Of a stretch of 49,970 bases of DNA, positions 20,141 to 29,584 are shown one piece after another. The stretch is taken from positions 1 to 49,970 of IMG/VR virus record IMGVR_UViG_3300027790_000033; one strand, given 5' to 3'. This stretch comes from a virus (Duplodnaviria; Caudoviricetes). Both the position numbers and the translations under genes were made by a program. Each line of letters begins with the position of its first letter. Position 1 is the stretch's first letter. The notes beneath the pieces were generated by a model that ran no database searches, had not been told where the DNA came from, and was given only the letters and a program-made list of their open reading frames with translations.

Positions 20141-23100
20141 ATGTGGACTAACGAAGAATTCTTTTCTGGTGTGGACATATACCCGTCCGCATCAGACCAG
20201 CTGACAAAAGGCAATCTTCCCAGCACGGTGATGCCGGAAGATGAGTCGCTCAGGCAGTACGACCAGAGCGTCATTGAGGCCGAGTCGCTAATGCGGGACG
20301 GCGGTGCCCTGGGTCAGATCCAGGCAGGGGCCGAGATCGGGCTGGGCGGTATCGCGGCAACGGCTGCACGCATTCCTGGCGTGTCCGATCTAATGAGCAT
20401 CGGCATGCAGGACGGCCTGTCGGTAGATGGCGACACCATCAACCGCAGGTACGCCCAGATCGATGCCGCCATGCAGGCCGCTCCTGGGTCTGGCGAATGG
20501 TCCAATGCGATTCGGGGTGCGTCCAGCTCGGTCACCCAACTACTCTGGGGTACAGCCGCAATTGCTACTGGTGCAGCCGCAGGTGCATTGGCATTTGGCG
20601 GGAGTGCTGCAGCTGCGGGGAGTGCCGCCGTGGCCAGTCCTGTAGCGATACCTGCATTCTTCGGGGTGACTTCAACATCGGATGCCGTTACCCGAGGGCG
20701 TGATGCCGGACTCTCTGGCGGTGCGTTGGCTGGCTACGCTACGGCTCAGGGACTCACGGAGTTTGCCCTCACTCTGGCGATGGGAAAGGCGGCGAACTAC
20801 GTTGGCGGCAAGCTTGGGCTTGGCAAGGGACTGGGCGGGTTTGAAGCAATCCCAGCCCAGCTCGCTGGTGATGTTGTTGAGGGGGCAACCAAGGAAGCCA
20901 CCAAGGCAGGTGTCGGCAAGGCGTTTGCCAGAGGCTTGACCAGTCTGGTTGGAGAAGAGGTCGAGGAGATCTCTGTCTCGATTGCACAGTCCGCGATCGA
21001 TCACATTGCAGGCGTGGAAGAACTGACCTACGACGGCCTCAAAGAAACCGTCAGCGACACATTCTGGACCACCATGCTGACGATGGGCGGTGGCAAGGCC
21101 ACGTTTGCAGGACTTAAGAATTCCTACAAACTGGCAGACGACACAGTCGATAAATTCATCCGCCAGCCAAGTCGACGCAACGAGTCACTCTTAGGCGAGC
21201 TGAAGGACTACACGACCGAAGCTAACCGCCCTGGACGCGAAGACCTTGCCCGCAGTCTGGAGATGGACAAACTGCGGATCGAGGCGAAAGAGTTCGTCTA
21301 TCAAGACGGCGGGGTGAGTGCTGATGTGATTGCCAGCATGGGGCAAGGTGGTCGATTCACATCCAAAGAGTACGAGCGAATCACTGGAAAACAGCCGCTA
21401 TACGCCGGACAAGAGCAGCTGTTCGCTGACCTCGTGACCCAGGAGTACATCAAGCAACAAGAGTCCATCAAGCTTGCTCAGTCGCAGGCAGAAGGGCAAC
21501 AACAACAACCAACGCAATCACCGCAACCGGCTTCGGATCAGCCTGCCGCTCCCACAGGCCCGGAGCCGGTTGCTCCTACATCCAGTCCGGCCAGTGCAGG
21601 ATTTGACGGAAATTCCGACACAGCCACGTCAACAGGGCTGCCGACTGAGTTCGACACTCGCGTCAGTGCCAAGGCTGACGAAGTCGTGGCTGTGTTGCGA
21701 GAGAATGGTGGTATTCGCAACGATGAAGACGAAGTGATCGTCCGTTCGTTTTTCGAGGGGGTTGAGGATGATGAGGGACTAAAAAACGCAGCCGAGGACG
21801 CCCTCTATTCGTTCGACCCAGCTAACCGTCAACAGGACGATGAGTTCTATGGCAACAGCCTCGAAGAACAGCCACGCAAAAAGCGATTCAAGAAGCCATC
21901 CCAGAACACCCAAGAACTCCGACAGAACCCAGAAAAAAGGAAGGGACAGTCAGATGAGTCGGGCGGTGTGATCCCTGAACCCACCGAGGAAGGACGGGAC
22001 CAGTTTACGCCATTCACTCAGGGCGAGTATCGCCAAGAAGGCGATGCCCCGAAAACCCCCATCCATCACGAAGGTGTCATCAAACACATTGAGGACAAGT
22101 TCAAGGTCCGTATTCGCCCTGGTCGTGTCCCTAGTCCCAAAGCTGCCGGTACGTTCGACACCCGTACGCATGCCATCAGGCTTAAGAAACAGATGGCTGG
22201 AGACCTCGGCATTCCTTACCACGAAGTGATGCACTTCGTGGACAAAGTCACTGGACTTACAAGGGCAATTCCGGGATACCTACAGAACGACATTCGCAAG
22301 CTCGACTACGATCAAAACGCACTCCGGGATTTCGAGGGCGTGGCTGAGTGGTCCCGCATCTGGCTCAGCGGCAAGCGGAATGAGCTGTCGGGCGACCGGC
22401 TGTCAGCGTTTGACGCATTCACCAAGTGGATCACCGAGGAGTGGAGTCAGTCAAACAAAGAGCAGTACGACAATCTTGTCGGACTGCAGAAGCTCGCCAA
22501 GCAATACCGCGACCAGGGTCAGGAGTCCCGATTGCGAGCGTCGATCCGCACCAAGGAAGAGGGTGCCCCTGATGTCGCCGGTGAAACAGTCACCGAGCGA
22601 ACCGTGCGGACATGGAAGGACCGTGCCGAGGACTTCTACATCGAATGGATGGACCAGAATTACATCTTCAAGAAAGCTGACAAGCTCGCCAAGAAGATGG
22701 GAGTTGGTGGGTTTGCGGCTGGGGTGTACGAATTCACCTCGGTACTAAGTGGGACGGCAAACCACCACGCACTACGAGCGACTGGCACTGGCGATAATGC
22801 TGGCGTGTTTGACCTCGATACTGGCGAGAGGCTGTCTCGCGGTCTGGGCGACATCGTCGATAGCATTAGCGAGACTGACGGCAAACCGCCCAGCCAGGCC
22901 GAGGTTGAAGACTTTGAGATGTTCCTTGTGTCCCGGCAGGCAATGGAGATCTTTGAGAAGAGGCCGAAAGCCAACCCAGGTGTTCGTAAGGCCGATGCCG
23001 AAGGGCACCTCGCCAGAGTCCGTGCGGACGCATCCAAGTGGCAGCGGTTTGAGACAGCCGCGAAGGAAGTCACTGAGTGGAACAACTCATTGATTGACAT

Positions 23101-25669
23101 GTTGCGTCGAGTGGGTGCGATCACAGAGAAGGACTATAAGCAAGCGAAAGCCTTCTGGGACAATTACATCCCGATGTATCGCATCAAGGAAGGCAAAGGA
23201 TTTAAGAAGCCGGGTCGAGGTCGTGTTCTGCACAATCGTCTCGGCGGTTCGTCTTCGATCATGGCTCCGCTCGATGCAATGGTCACTAAGGCCACTAATC
23301 ACTACGCCGCTGCGATCAAGCAACGTATCGACAACCAGATGATGGAGCAGTGGGACCCTTACCTGCGGCAAGACAGCGACAAGATCGCAGCCCAAGGAAT
23401 GGCTGAATACTTCCAGCTTGTGAAGCCAGATCTAAAGGTGGAACGTAGCCGAGTCCGCGACACGTTCGACCAGATGGTCGAGGCTGGTGTCGTGGCTGAG
23501 GACGACGCCCGTTTATGGCGTGCAGCCGACAAGATCAAGCGAGGAGAGTTCGACAACCTCACCAAAGGCCAGAAGGAAGCTCTGACTGCATGGGCTGGCA
23601 CTGAGCCGCTCAACAAGGAAGAGGACAACTTCGACGATTGGCTGTACGACGTCGTGTCTGCGGTGACCAGCGGCTATGATAACGGATCCATCCCGGACCT
23701 CGACACCGTCATCAAGGTGTTCAAGCCCAATCTGAAAGAGTCCCCGCAAGAGAACATCGTCACGATGTCTCGCGATGGAAAGATTCGCCTCTACGAGATG
23801 CACCCCAAGATGTACGAGGCGTATCGGGGAATGACTCCCGAAGAGGTCACTCCATTCACCCAGGCTCTCTCGGCCTGGACGTCACTGCAGAAGATCGGTG
23901 CCACCGGGCTGTCGACCAAGTTTGCTGTTCGCAATGCGATCCGCGATGCGATCACGCTGCCGTTCTACTCGAAGCACCTGTCATTCAAAGAGTCAATCAC
24001 AGAACCGTGGGTCAATCTTGCGTTGTACTTCCGCCACACCTACGGAGACAAGATCGGTGCGGACGTCTCGGATGCCGAGATTGCACTCTGGGAGGAGAAC
24101 GCCGGTAAGCTGGCGACTTGGGCTGGTAGCGGAGAGAAGTTCACCGGACGTGTGGCTCGCAGCCTCCGCAAAGACAAAGGCATTCGCGATACCGGCAGTT
24201 TTGTGATGGACAAGATCGAGTCCGCCAAAGAGATCATCGGGATCTCCGAAGTTGGTCCTCGGCTTGCGGAATTCAAAGGTGCGTTGCGATCAAAGGGGTG
24301 GACCTACAACCGCGAGACCGGCAAGTTCACCGGGCCGGATGGCGAGACTGCCGAACGTCCTCCAATGGATGTGGTAGTGTACGCCAGTCACGCAGCCGCA
24401 GACTTGATGAACTTCCGGCAAGTAGGACGTACCGGCAAGAAGTTCAATCGATATTCGGCGTACTTCAACGCTTCGATCCTTGGCCCTGCGAAGATGATCC
24501 GCACTATCAAAGAGATCGGCCAAGGCGAAGGCGACAACATTAAAGAAAACCGAGTCCGGGTCGGCATAGCGTTCGCGACTTACGTTGCTGCCCAGTCTGT
24601 TTACATGGGACTCGTGGCTGACGACGACGACTATCAGGAGCGTCCTGCATGGGAGAAGGCGAACTACTGGAAAGTTGGTGATGCGGTCTCGATCCCCAAG
24701 CCTCACAACATCAGAACACTATTTAATGTTGTCGAAGCTTCATTTCATTACATGAACAAGGGTGACAGGGATGCGTTCATTGAGTCTTTAATTCAAGAAC
24801 GAAACGACAACCTGCCGAACTTCCCGATGCCAGGGCTGATTCGCGAAGCACTAGATCAGAAGTCTGGAGTCGATAGCTTCACCGGACAGCCCATCGACCC
24901 AGTTCATACACAAGGCATGTCGCCGTCGAAACGGTTCTCACCCAGAACCAAAGAATTCTCCAAGATGATCCAGAAGGTGACATCTGTGTTGCCCTGGATG
25001 GGGAATGTTAGTCCGGCACAGATCGACCATGCACTCAACGCGGCGACAGGCGGAGCTTACAACCGCTGGGGTGACTCTTACGGTCGAATCTCCCGAGGCG
25101 AGGCTGAGGGCAAAGACATCCCGTTCGTGGGTGCGTTGGCTCCTGGCCGAGATCATCCCAAGTCTGTAAGCGAATTCTATGAGGCCCGTAATCAGGCACG
25201 CATGGAGTACGCCGACCTGAAGGATGACCCAGAGCTTCCTCTGGATGTCGCCGTCAAAAAGAAGATGTTCGACGAGATCAGTACGCTCATCTCCGAAATG
25301 CGTAAGCCAGCCAGGGAGATGGAAAGCCTTGATGACCGCGAGCCGTATGATCGACTCCGAGTCGGGGCGGCACGCTTCGCACTCGACAAAGAGTCGATTC
25401 CAGATCGCTACCCGAATCCGCTAACCGCAGGCGACTTGCCAGAAGACGTCCGTAAGGTCCGAGACGAGTGGTTGGAGCGAAAAGCTTACGAGCTGACCTC
25501 GCCGGAACCCAAGGATCCCCAGGACGCAATCAAGCACCGAGCGGCCATTGAGTTCAACACCCGTCTATTCCGCCAGATCGGATACGACAAGGACGGAATT
25601 AAGCGACTTCTGCAGTCATACTCACGCAGAACTAACCGAAGAGTGCGGAAAATCCCGAAAACCTTCTAA
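20141..25669 (+). CDS. Large internal virion / polyvalent protein with HExxH metallopeptidase-like and LPD38-like domains
   Basis: 1842 aa. Hydrophobic G/A-rich N-terminus, HEVMH...EGVAE zincin motif, and C-terminal DYQERPAWEKANYW..SIPKP resembling LPD38. Confidence 0.75.
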   Translation: MWTNEEFFSGVDIYPSASDQLTKGNLPSTVMPEDESLRQYDQSVIEAESLMRDGGALGQIQAGAEIGLGGIAATAARIPGVSDLMSIGMQDGLSVDGDTINRRYAQIDAAMQAAPGSGEWSNAIRGASSSVTQLLWGTAAIATGAAAGALAFGGSAAAAGSAAVASPVAIPAFFGVTSTSDAVTRGRDAGLSGGALAGYATAQGLTEFALTLAMGKAANYVGGKLGLGKGLGGFEAIPAQLAGDVVEGATKEATKAGVGKAFARGLTSLVGEEVEEISVSIAQSAIDHIAGVEELTYDGLKETVSDTFWTTMLTMGGGKATFAGLKNSYKLADDTVDKFIRQPSRRNESLLGELKDYTTEANRPGREDLARSLEMDKLRIEAKEFVYQDGGVSADVIASMGQGGRFTSKEYERITGKQPLYAGQEQLFADLVTQEYIKQQESIKLAQSQAEGQQQQPTQSPQPASDQPAAPTGPEPVAPTSSPASAGFDGNSDTATSTGLPTEFDTRVSAKADEVVAVLRENGGIRNDEDEVIVRSFFEGVEDDEGLKNAAEDALYSFDPANRQQDDEFYGNSLEEQPRKKRFKKPSQNTQELRQNPEKRKGQSDESGGVIPEPTEEGRDQFTPFTQGEYRQEGDAPKTPIHHEGVIKHIEDKFKVRIRPGRVPSPKAAGTFDTRTHAIRLKKQMAGDLGIPYHEVMHFVDKVTGLTRAIPGYLQNDIRKLDYDQNALRDFEGVAEWSRIWLSGKRNELSGDRLSAFDAFTKWITEEWSQSNKEQYDNLVGLQKLAKQYRDQGQESRLRASIRTKEEGAPDVAGETVTERTVRTWKDRAEDFYIEWMDQNYIFKKADKLAKKMGVGGFAAGVYEFTSVLSGTANHHALRATGTGDNAGVFDLDTGERLSRGLGDIVDSISETDGKPPSQAEVEDFEMFLVSRQAMEIFEKRPKANPGVRKADAEGHLARVRADASKWQRFETAAKEVTEWNNSLIDMLRRVGAITEKDYKQAKAFWDNYIPMYRIKEGKGFKKPGRGRVLHNRLGGSSSIMAPLDAMVTKATNHYAAAIKQRIDNQMMEQWDPYLRQDSDKIAAQGMAEYFQLVKPDLKVERSRVRDTFDQMVEAGVVAEDDARLWRAADKIKRGEFDNLTKGQKEALTAWAGTEPLNKEEDNFDDWLYDVVSAVTSGYDNGSIPDLDTVIKVFKPNLKESPQENIVTMSRDGKIRLYEMHPKMYEAYRGMTPEEVTPFTQALSAWTSLQKIGATGLSTKFAVRNAIRDAITLPFYSKHLSFKESITEPWVNLALYFRHTYGDKIGADVSDAEIALWEENAGKLATWAGSGEKFTGRVARSLRKDKGIRDTGSFVMDKIESAKEIIGISEVGPRLAEFKGALRSKGWTYNRETGKFTGPDGETAERPPMDVVVYASHAAADLMNFRQVGRTGKKFNRYSAYFNASILGPAKMIRTIKEIGQGEGDNIKENRVRVGIAFATYVAAQSVYMGLVADDDDYQERPAWEKANYWKVGDAVSIPKPHNIRTLFNVVEASFHYMNKGDRDAFIESLIQERNDNLPNFPMPGLIREALDQKSGVDSFTGQPIDPVHTQGMSPSKRFSPRTKEFSKMIQKVTSVLPWMGNVSPAQIDHALNAATGGAYNRWGDSYGRISRGEAEGKDIPFVGALAPGRDHPKSVSEFYEARNQARMEYADLKDDPELPLDVAVKKKMFDEISTLISEMRKPAREMESLDDREPYDRLRVGAARFALDKESIPDRYPNPLTAGDLPEDVRKVRDEWLERKAYELTSPEPKDPQDAIKHRAAIEFNTRLFRQIGYDKDGIKRLLQSYSRRTNRRVRKIPKTF

Positions 25670-25696
25670 AAATCACAACAAAATCAGCCATCTGAC

Positions 25697-25725
25697 TTGA
25701 CTCTGATCACAACTTTCGCTAACAT
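25697..25725 (+). promoter_or_regulatory. Sigma70-type promoter upstream of the lysis-position cassette
   Basis: TTGACT-17 bp-TAACAT in an intergenic gap. Confidence 0.55.
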
Positions 25726-25743
25726 ATCAAAGGGTGAACACAC

Positions 25744-26001
25744 ATGGATTGGTCGAAGGTTTTGCTAGACAACGGAGCAACCGGCCTCGTCCTGATCGCA
25801 ATTCTTCTGGGCATTCACCGCACGGTGAGATGGGCTGCAGAACACGTCGCAATGCCTGTCGTTAATGCTCATGTTTCATACATGGAAAAACAAGAAGCTC
25901 AGGCTGAAAAGGTCGCCACGCACATGGCAAACACCAGCGAGTGTTTGGCCGAGCTGGCAGCCCTGAATCGAGATATTCATGCAGCACTTAAACAGCAATG
26001 A
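25744..26001 (+). CDS. Putative holin-like membrane protein
   Basis: 85 aa with one N-terminal TM segment and a coiled coil. First gene after the virion module. Confidence 0.5.
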   Translation: MDWSKVLLDNGATGLVLIAILLGIHRTVRWAAEHVAMPVVNAHVSYMEKQEAQAEKVATHMANTSECLAELAALNRDIHAALKQQ

Positions 26002-26431
26002 CGACTTTGATGACGACATTGACGGCGAAGACAAGCAGCAGTGGGTAACGTGCGACGCATGTTGTCGCGACTTTAACGGATCAATGGGAGTCGGCTGGTG
26101 TCCTTATTGTGGGTACGAACTAGTCGACCATGACGAACCGGACTACGACGAAGAGGATGAATGGGATGAAGAGTACCTCAATGCAACTTCACAGCCCCGA
26201 GACTTTCTGGCCAACACTCCCCCCGTGGATGCGGTGGTGGGTGATCCTGATTCTCCTGGGCGGCCGCTTGTGTGCCCCGAATGCGGCAACGTGCTGAGGA
26301 ACACAGGCAGCTACTCGTCATGCCTGGGCTGGATCGACAAGACATGCACTTCGGGACTATTTCCTAAGCTGACTCCCGAAGAGGACAAGCGGAACGCGGC
26401 AGTTCAAAAAGAGCTAGACAAGGCGGAATAA
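25979..26431 (+). CDS. Acidic double zinc-ribbon protein
   Basis: CDAC/CPYC and CPEC/C...C motifs. Confidence 0.6.
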   Translation: MQHLNSNDDFDDDIDGEDKQQWVTCDACCRDFNGSMGVGWCPYCGYELVDHDEPDYDEEDEWDEEYLNATSQPRDFLANTPPVDAVVGDPDSPGRPLVCPECGNVLRNTGSYSSCLGWIDKTCTSGLFPKLTPEEDKRNAAVQKELDKAE

Positions 26432-27384
26432 TGAAACTCAAAGAGATTTTCTGGATTGCGATTGCTTATGGGATACTATCAACCCTCTTTTGTCTCTTTG
26501 CCGAGGCTCATCCTGCGGTGGTGCCGTACAAGGGCCAAGCTTGCTATGCGAGGCATTGCGAATTCTATAACGGCTCAGCTGTCATCGTCGGGCAACGCAA
26601 AGACAGGACGATCTTGTTCACAGCCCACCACAACATCAAGCCTCAAGGGGCAAGAGTTGAGTTAAAGAAGAGTGTTCTCATCGGGAACACGTGGTATCAG
26701 TGTCGTGTTGCCAACGCAAACAAACGCCACGACGTCGCGATTCTTGAGTGTGCATACACTGGAAAAGTCCAGTGTATGCCTATCGCACCGAGCGACGGCA
26801 ACGATGGAGATTCAGTTCATGTTGAAGGTTTCGACCGGGGGTCGCCCAATCGAAGATACGAGAGACGTTCACTTCTTGATTCCAGCACCTACGACAAATG
26901 CAACGCAGTGGTCGGGGTTGTTGTACCTCAGGGAGTGTCTGGCGGTGCTATCTATACCGCGAAGGGTCTTATTGGGATCGTATCTGCGGCAGGAAACGAA
27001 ATCAAAGACACCGTAGGTTGCACCGTCACCCACCTAAAGGCTGGTCTTGTTGGTTGCTACGGAACGCACGCTGTCTGCAACTGTAACCAACCACCCCAGA
27101 GATACGTTCGAGTGAAGCCACAGCCTTCGATCCAGCCAGTGCCCGGCACTCCTGGTCCAACAGGAAAGCGTGGGCCACCGGGACCCGCAGGCCCCCCCGG
27201 CAAGGACGGCCAGGACGGAAAAGACGGCAAGGATTTGAACGAAGCACTATGGGACAAAAAACTCAGGATGGTCATCCTTGGTCCCAATGGAGAAGTGATC
27301 GACGACGACGAAATCAAGCTCAGGGATTGGGCGGAAGGCAAGGCGGTCCTGAGAATTCAGTTTAAGTACCGACCGGCGAAGTGA
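26431..27384 (+). CDS. Secreted trypsin-like serine protease with collagen-like repeat
   Basis: Signal peptide ending AEA, triad motifs TAHH, DVAIL and GVSGG, and a Gly-X-Y run GTPGPTGKRGPPGPAGPPGKDGQDGKDGKD. Confidence 0.85.
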   Translation: MKLKEIFWIAIAYGILSTLFCLFAEAHPAVVPYKGQACYARHCEFYNGSAVIVGQRKDRTILFTAHHNIKPQGARVELKKSVLIGNTWYQCRVANANKRHDVAILECAYTGKVQCMPIAPSDGNDGDSVHVEGFDRGSPNRRYERRSLLDSSTYDKCNAVVGVVVPQGVSGGAIYTAKGLIGIVSAAGNEIKDTVGCTVTHLKAGLVGCYGTHAVCNCNQPPQRYVRVKPQPSIQPVPGTPGPTGKRGPPGPAGPPGKDGQDGKDGKDLNEALWDKKLRMVILGPNGEVIDDDEIKLRDWAEGKAVLRIQFKYRPAK

Positions 27385-27473
27385 CCGGGAGGTGAAACAT
27401 GCCGTACGGCGATGCAGTTTTAGAGATCCCCATCGTAGGGGAATCACCACCACCAAGTGAGGAGAGTGAAGAA

Positions 27474-27716
27474 ATGCCTATCGAACTCGGGTCGGCAGCA
27501 AATGAAATGCTGACCACCCATGCACTGAACGGTGCCCAGCGACAAGCTGACGGTGCCGCCGCGTACGCGGAGAACCTTCGGTACAACTACCTTGAAGGCA
27601 AAGATAACACGAGCCAAGCCGAGGCTTTGGGTCATCGTATTGCCAGCGAAAGCGGCAGTGGTCGTACTCGTGTTGAATCCAACCGGCCCGAGGCGACGAG
27701 TGGAGCCGGTGGCTGA
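27474..27716 (+). CDS. Hypothetical protein (alternative start at 27399)
   Basis: ATG at 27474 has an (ACC)3 plus GAGGAG leader. ATG at 27399 also has a GGAGG RBS. Confidence 0.65.
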   Translation: MPIELGSAANEMLTTHALNGAQRQADGAAAYAENLRYNYLEGKDNTSQAEALGHRIASESGSGRTRVESNRPEATSGAGG

Positions 27717-27985
27717 TGCTAACGCCGGGAGAGATAGCGGCGAAACAGGCCGCTGACGCAACCGACCGGCAACTCGCAAGGTGGCGGGCGTACTCTGACG
27801 GTACGTTCGCCACCTTTTTACAGAAAGAGGTCGATCAGGCTTATGAGCGTGCTGGAAAGACTCGAAAACGCAGCGAAAGCGGTGATGCTGGAGGACCAGA
27901 GGAGAGTTTTGAAAGAGTCGGACTCGACGGTCAAGGCACTGAAGAACAGGTACCTCGGGGAAACCTACAACGACAGCGATCCTGA
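27716..27985 (+). CDS. Hypothetical protein overlapping the next gene
   Basis: TGATG coupling to the upstream gene; 143 nt overlap with 27843-28232. Confidence 0.45.
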   Translation: MLTPGEIAAKQAADATDRQLARWRAYSDGTFATFLQKEVDQAYERAGKTRKRSESGDAGGPEESFERVGLDGQGTEEQVPRGNLQRQRS

Positions 27986-28232
27986 TGACATGCAAGTCGG
28001 GGATAACCACATCACCATCAAGAATCCGCCTCAGCAGAGCAGCGGGATGTCGCCTTTAATGAAGGGGCTACTGGCGGCAGCATTGGCCGTTGGCAGTGGT
28101 GGTGCTCTTGGGACTGGACTTGCGATTCCGCAAATCATCAAGGCACTACAGCCGCAGCAGCAGGCAGAACAGCCTGCCGGATTCCAAGACACCGACACCG
28201 ACACCATTATGGAGTTGAGTTTTGGAGACTAG
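27843..28232 (+). CDS. Membrane protein with C-proximal TM segment
   Basis: Hydrophobic stretch GLLAAALAVGSGGALGTGLAI. Confidence 0.65.
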   Translation: MSVLERLENAAKAVMLEDQRRVLKESDSTVKALKNRYLGETYNDSDPDDMQVGDNHITIKNPPQQSSGMSPLMKGLLAAALAVGSGGALGTGLAIPQIIKALQPQQQAEQPAGFQDTDTDTIMELSFGD

Positions 28233-28334
28233 GTTTCTTGCCGCCGTAGCGACGGTCACCGTGGCCGTCGCTGTTCTACTCATTACGCTCCGAGACATGG
28301 GTTTCGGTCGCTTACTTTACAGGATAAAGCAAGG

Positions 28335-29213
28335 ATGTCGAAAGCTAACCCGGAGCCGTGGAGTTGCAAGACGCTAGGAAGAAACGTCTTTAATGTCGAG
28401 ATCGAGGCTAAGAGAAACACCGGATGGGAGCAATCGGTGCTCCTCACATCTGACCGACACTGGGATAATCCAGACTCGAACTGGGACCTTCAGAAAGCCC
28501 ACCTTGACGAGGCTAAAGATCGCAAGGCACCAGTCCTCGACATTGGGGACTTCTTTTGTGCCATGCAGGGCAAATACGACAAGCGGGCTTGCAAGTCCAA
28601 GGTTCGACCAGAGCACCAGACCGATACCTACCTTAACTCGCTTGTCACCACTGCTGCCGATTTTTTTCGTCCTTGGGCAGACCGATTAGTGATGGTCGCG
28701 ACCGGCAATCACGAGTCTGCAATCAAGAAGCGTCACGAGATCGATCTCATCCAGATGCTAGTAGGAGCACTCAATGCCGGTGGATGCAACGTATGCTCAG
28801 GGGGATTCTCAGGCTGGGTCCGATTCTCGTTTCCTGGTTCTGGCGGACGCAAGGCCATCAACCTACACTACGACCACGGATACGGCGGTGGAGGTCCGGT
28901 CACGAAAGGTGTCATCCAATCAAACCGTCGTGCGAATTACCTGCCCGATGCCGATATCGTGGTCTCGGGGCACGTCCACGAGCAGTGGGTATTAGATATT
29001 CAGCGTGTTCGGCTTAGCCAGCAAGGAAAAGTTTACCACGACACCCAGACGCACGTCACGCTGCCGACATATAAGGAAGAGTACAAAGATGGGTTCGGTG
29101 GTTGGCACTGTGAGACTGGAAAACCACCTAAGCCAATTGGTGCTGCGTGGCTGGTCTTCTACTACTCACGTAGGAAAGATCAGATTCTTCACGAAATTCG
29201 ACCAGCACGTTGA
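28335..29213 (+). CDS. Calcineurin-like metallophosphoesterase
   Basis: DxH (SDRH), GD, GNHE, HG and GHxH (SGHVH) motifs. Confidence 0.9.
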   Translation: MSKANPEPWSCKTLGRNVFNVEIEAKRNTGWEQSVLLTSDRHWDNPDSNWDLQKAHLDEAKDRKAPVLDIGDFFCAMQGKYDKRACKSKVRPEHQTDTYLNSLVTTAADFFRPWADRLVMVATGNHESAIKKRHEIDLIQMLVGALNAGGCNVCSGGFSGWVRFSFPGSGGRKAINLHYDHGYGGGGPVTKGVIQSNRRANYLPDADIVVSGHVHEQWVLDIQRVRLSQQGKVYHDTQTHVTLPTYKEEYKDGFGGWHCETGKPPKPIGAAWLVFYYSRRKDQILHEIRPAR

Positions 29214-29266
29214 TTCTTTGGGTTGAAAAAGCCAATTACCAGTGTTAAGGTTTGCCCTAAGACGAT

Positions 29267-29300
29267 AAAAAAAGGAGACCCGCATGGTTAGCGGATCTCC
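29267..29300 (-). terminator. Terminator for leftward (integrase-side) transcription
   Basis: A7 tract plus GGAGACCCGC-7-GCGGATCTCC hairpin. Confidence 0.55.
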
Positions 29301-29336
29301 ACCTTCACCACCACCAAGTAGAGAAGGGGACTCTCT

Positions 29337-29582
29337 ATGTCGAGCACAGATGTCCAAGGGGAGGTTAGCGGGGAACCGCAGGAAAGTCAAGCCGGTGACT
29401 TGCCAGTTTGGGAGCCGTGGGAGTATCTACTATTCAGCCATCCGCCCGAATCTGGCAACTCCGTGCTGCTCGGAAATTACTTCTCCCCAGGTGCGGCTCA
29501 AGCCGGTGCGGCACGCCATGAGGCTATCGGGGAATGGGATTCTGAGACGATGCAAATCTGGGAAGCACGCCGAATTTGCTGA
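29337..29582 (+). CDS. Small acidic hypothetical protein
   Basis: Preceded by (ACC)3 and an AAGGGGA RBS. Confidence 0.5.
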   Translation: MSSTDVQGEVSGEPQESQAGDLPVWEPWEYLLFSHPPESGNSVLLGNYFSPGAAQAGAARHEAIGEWDSETMQIWEARRIC

Positions 29583-29584
29583 CC

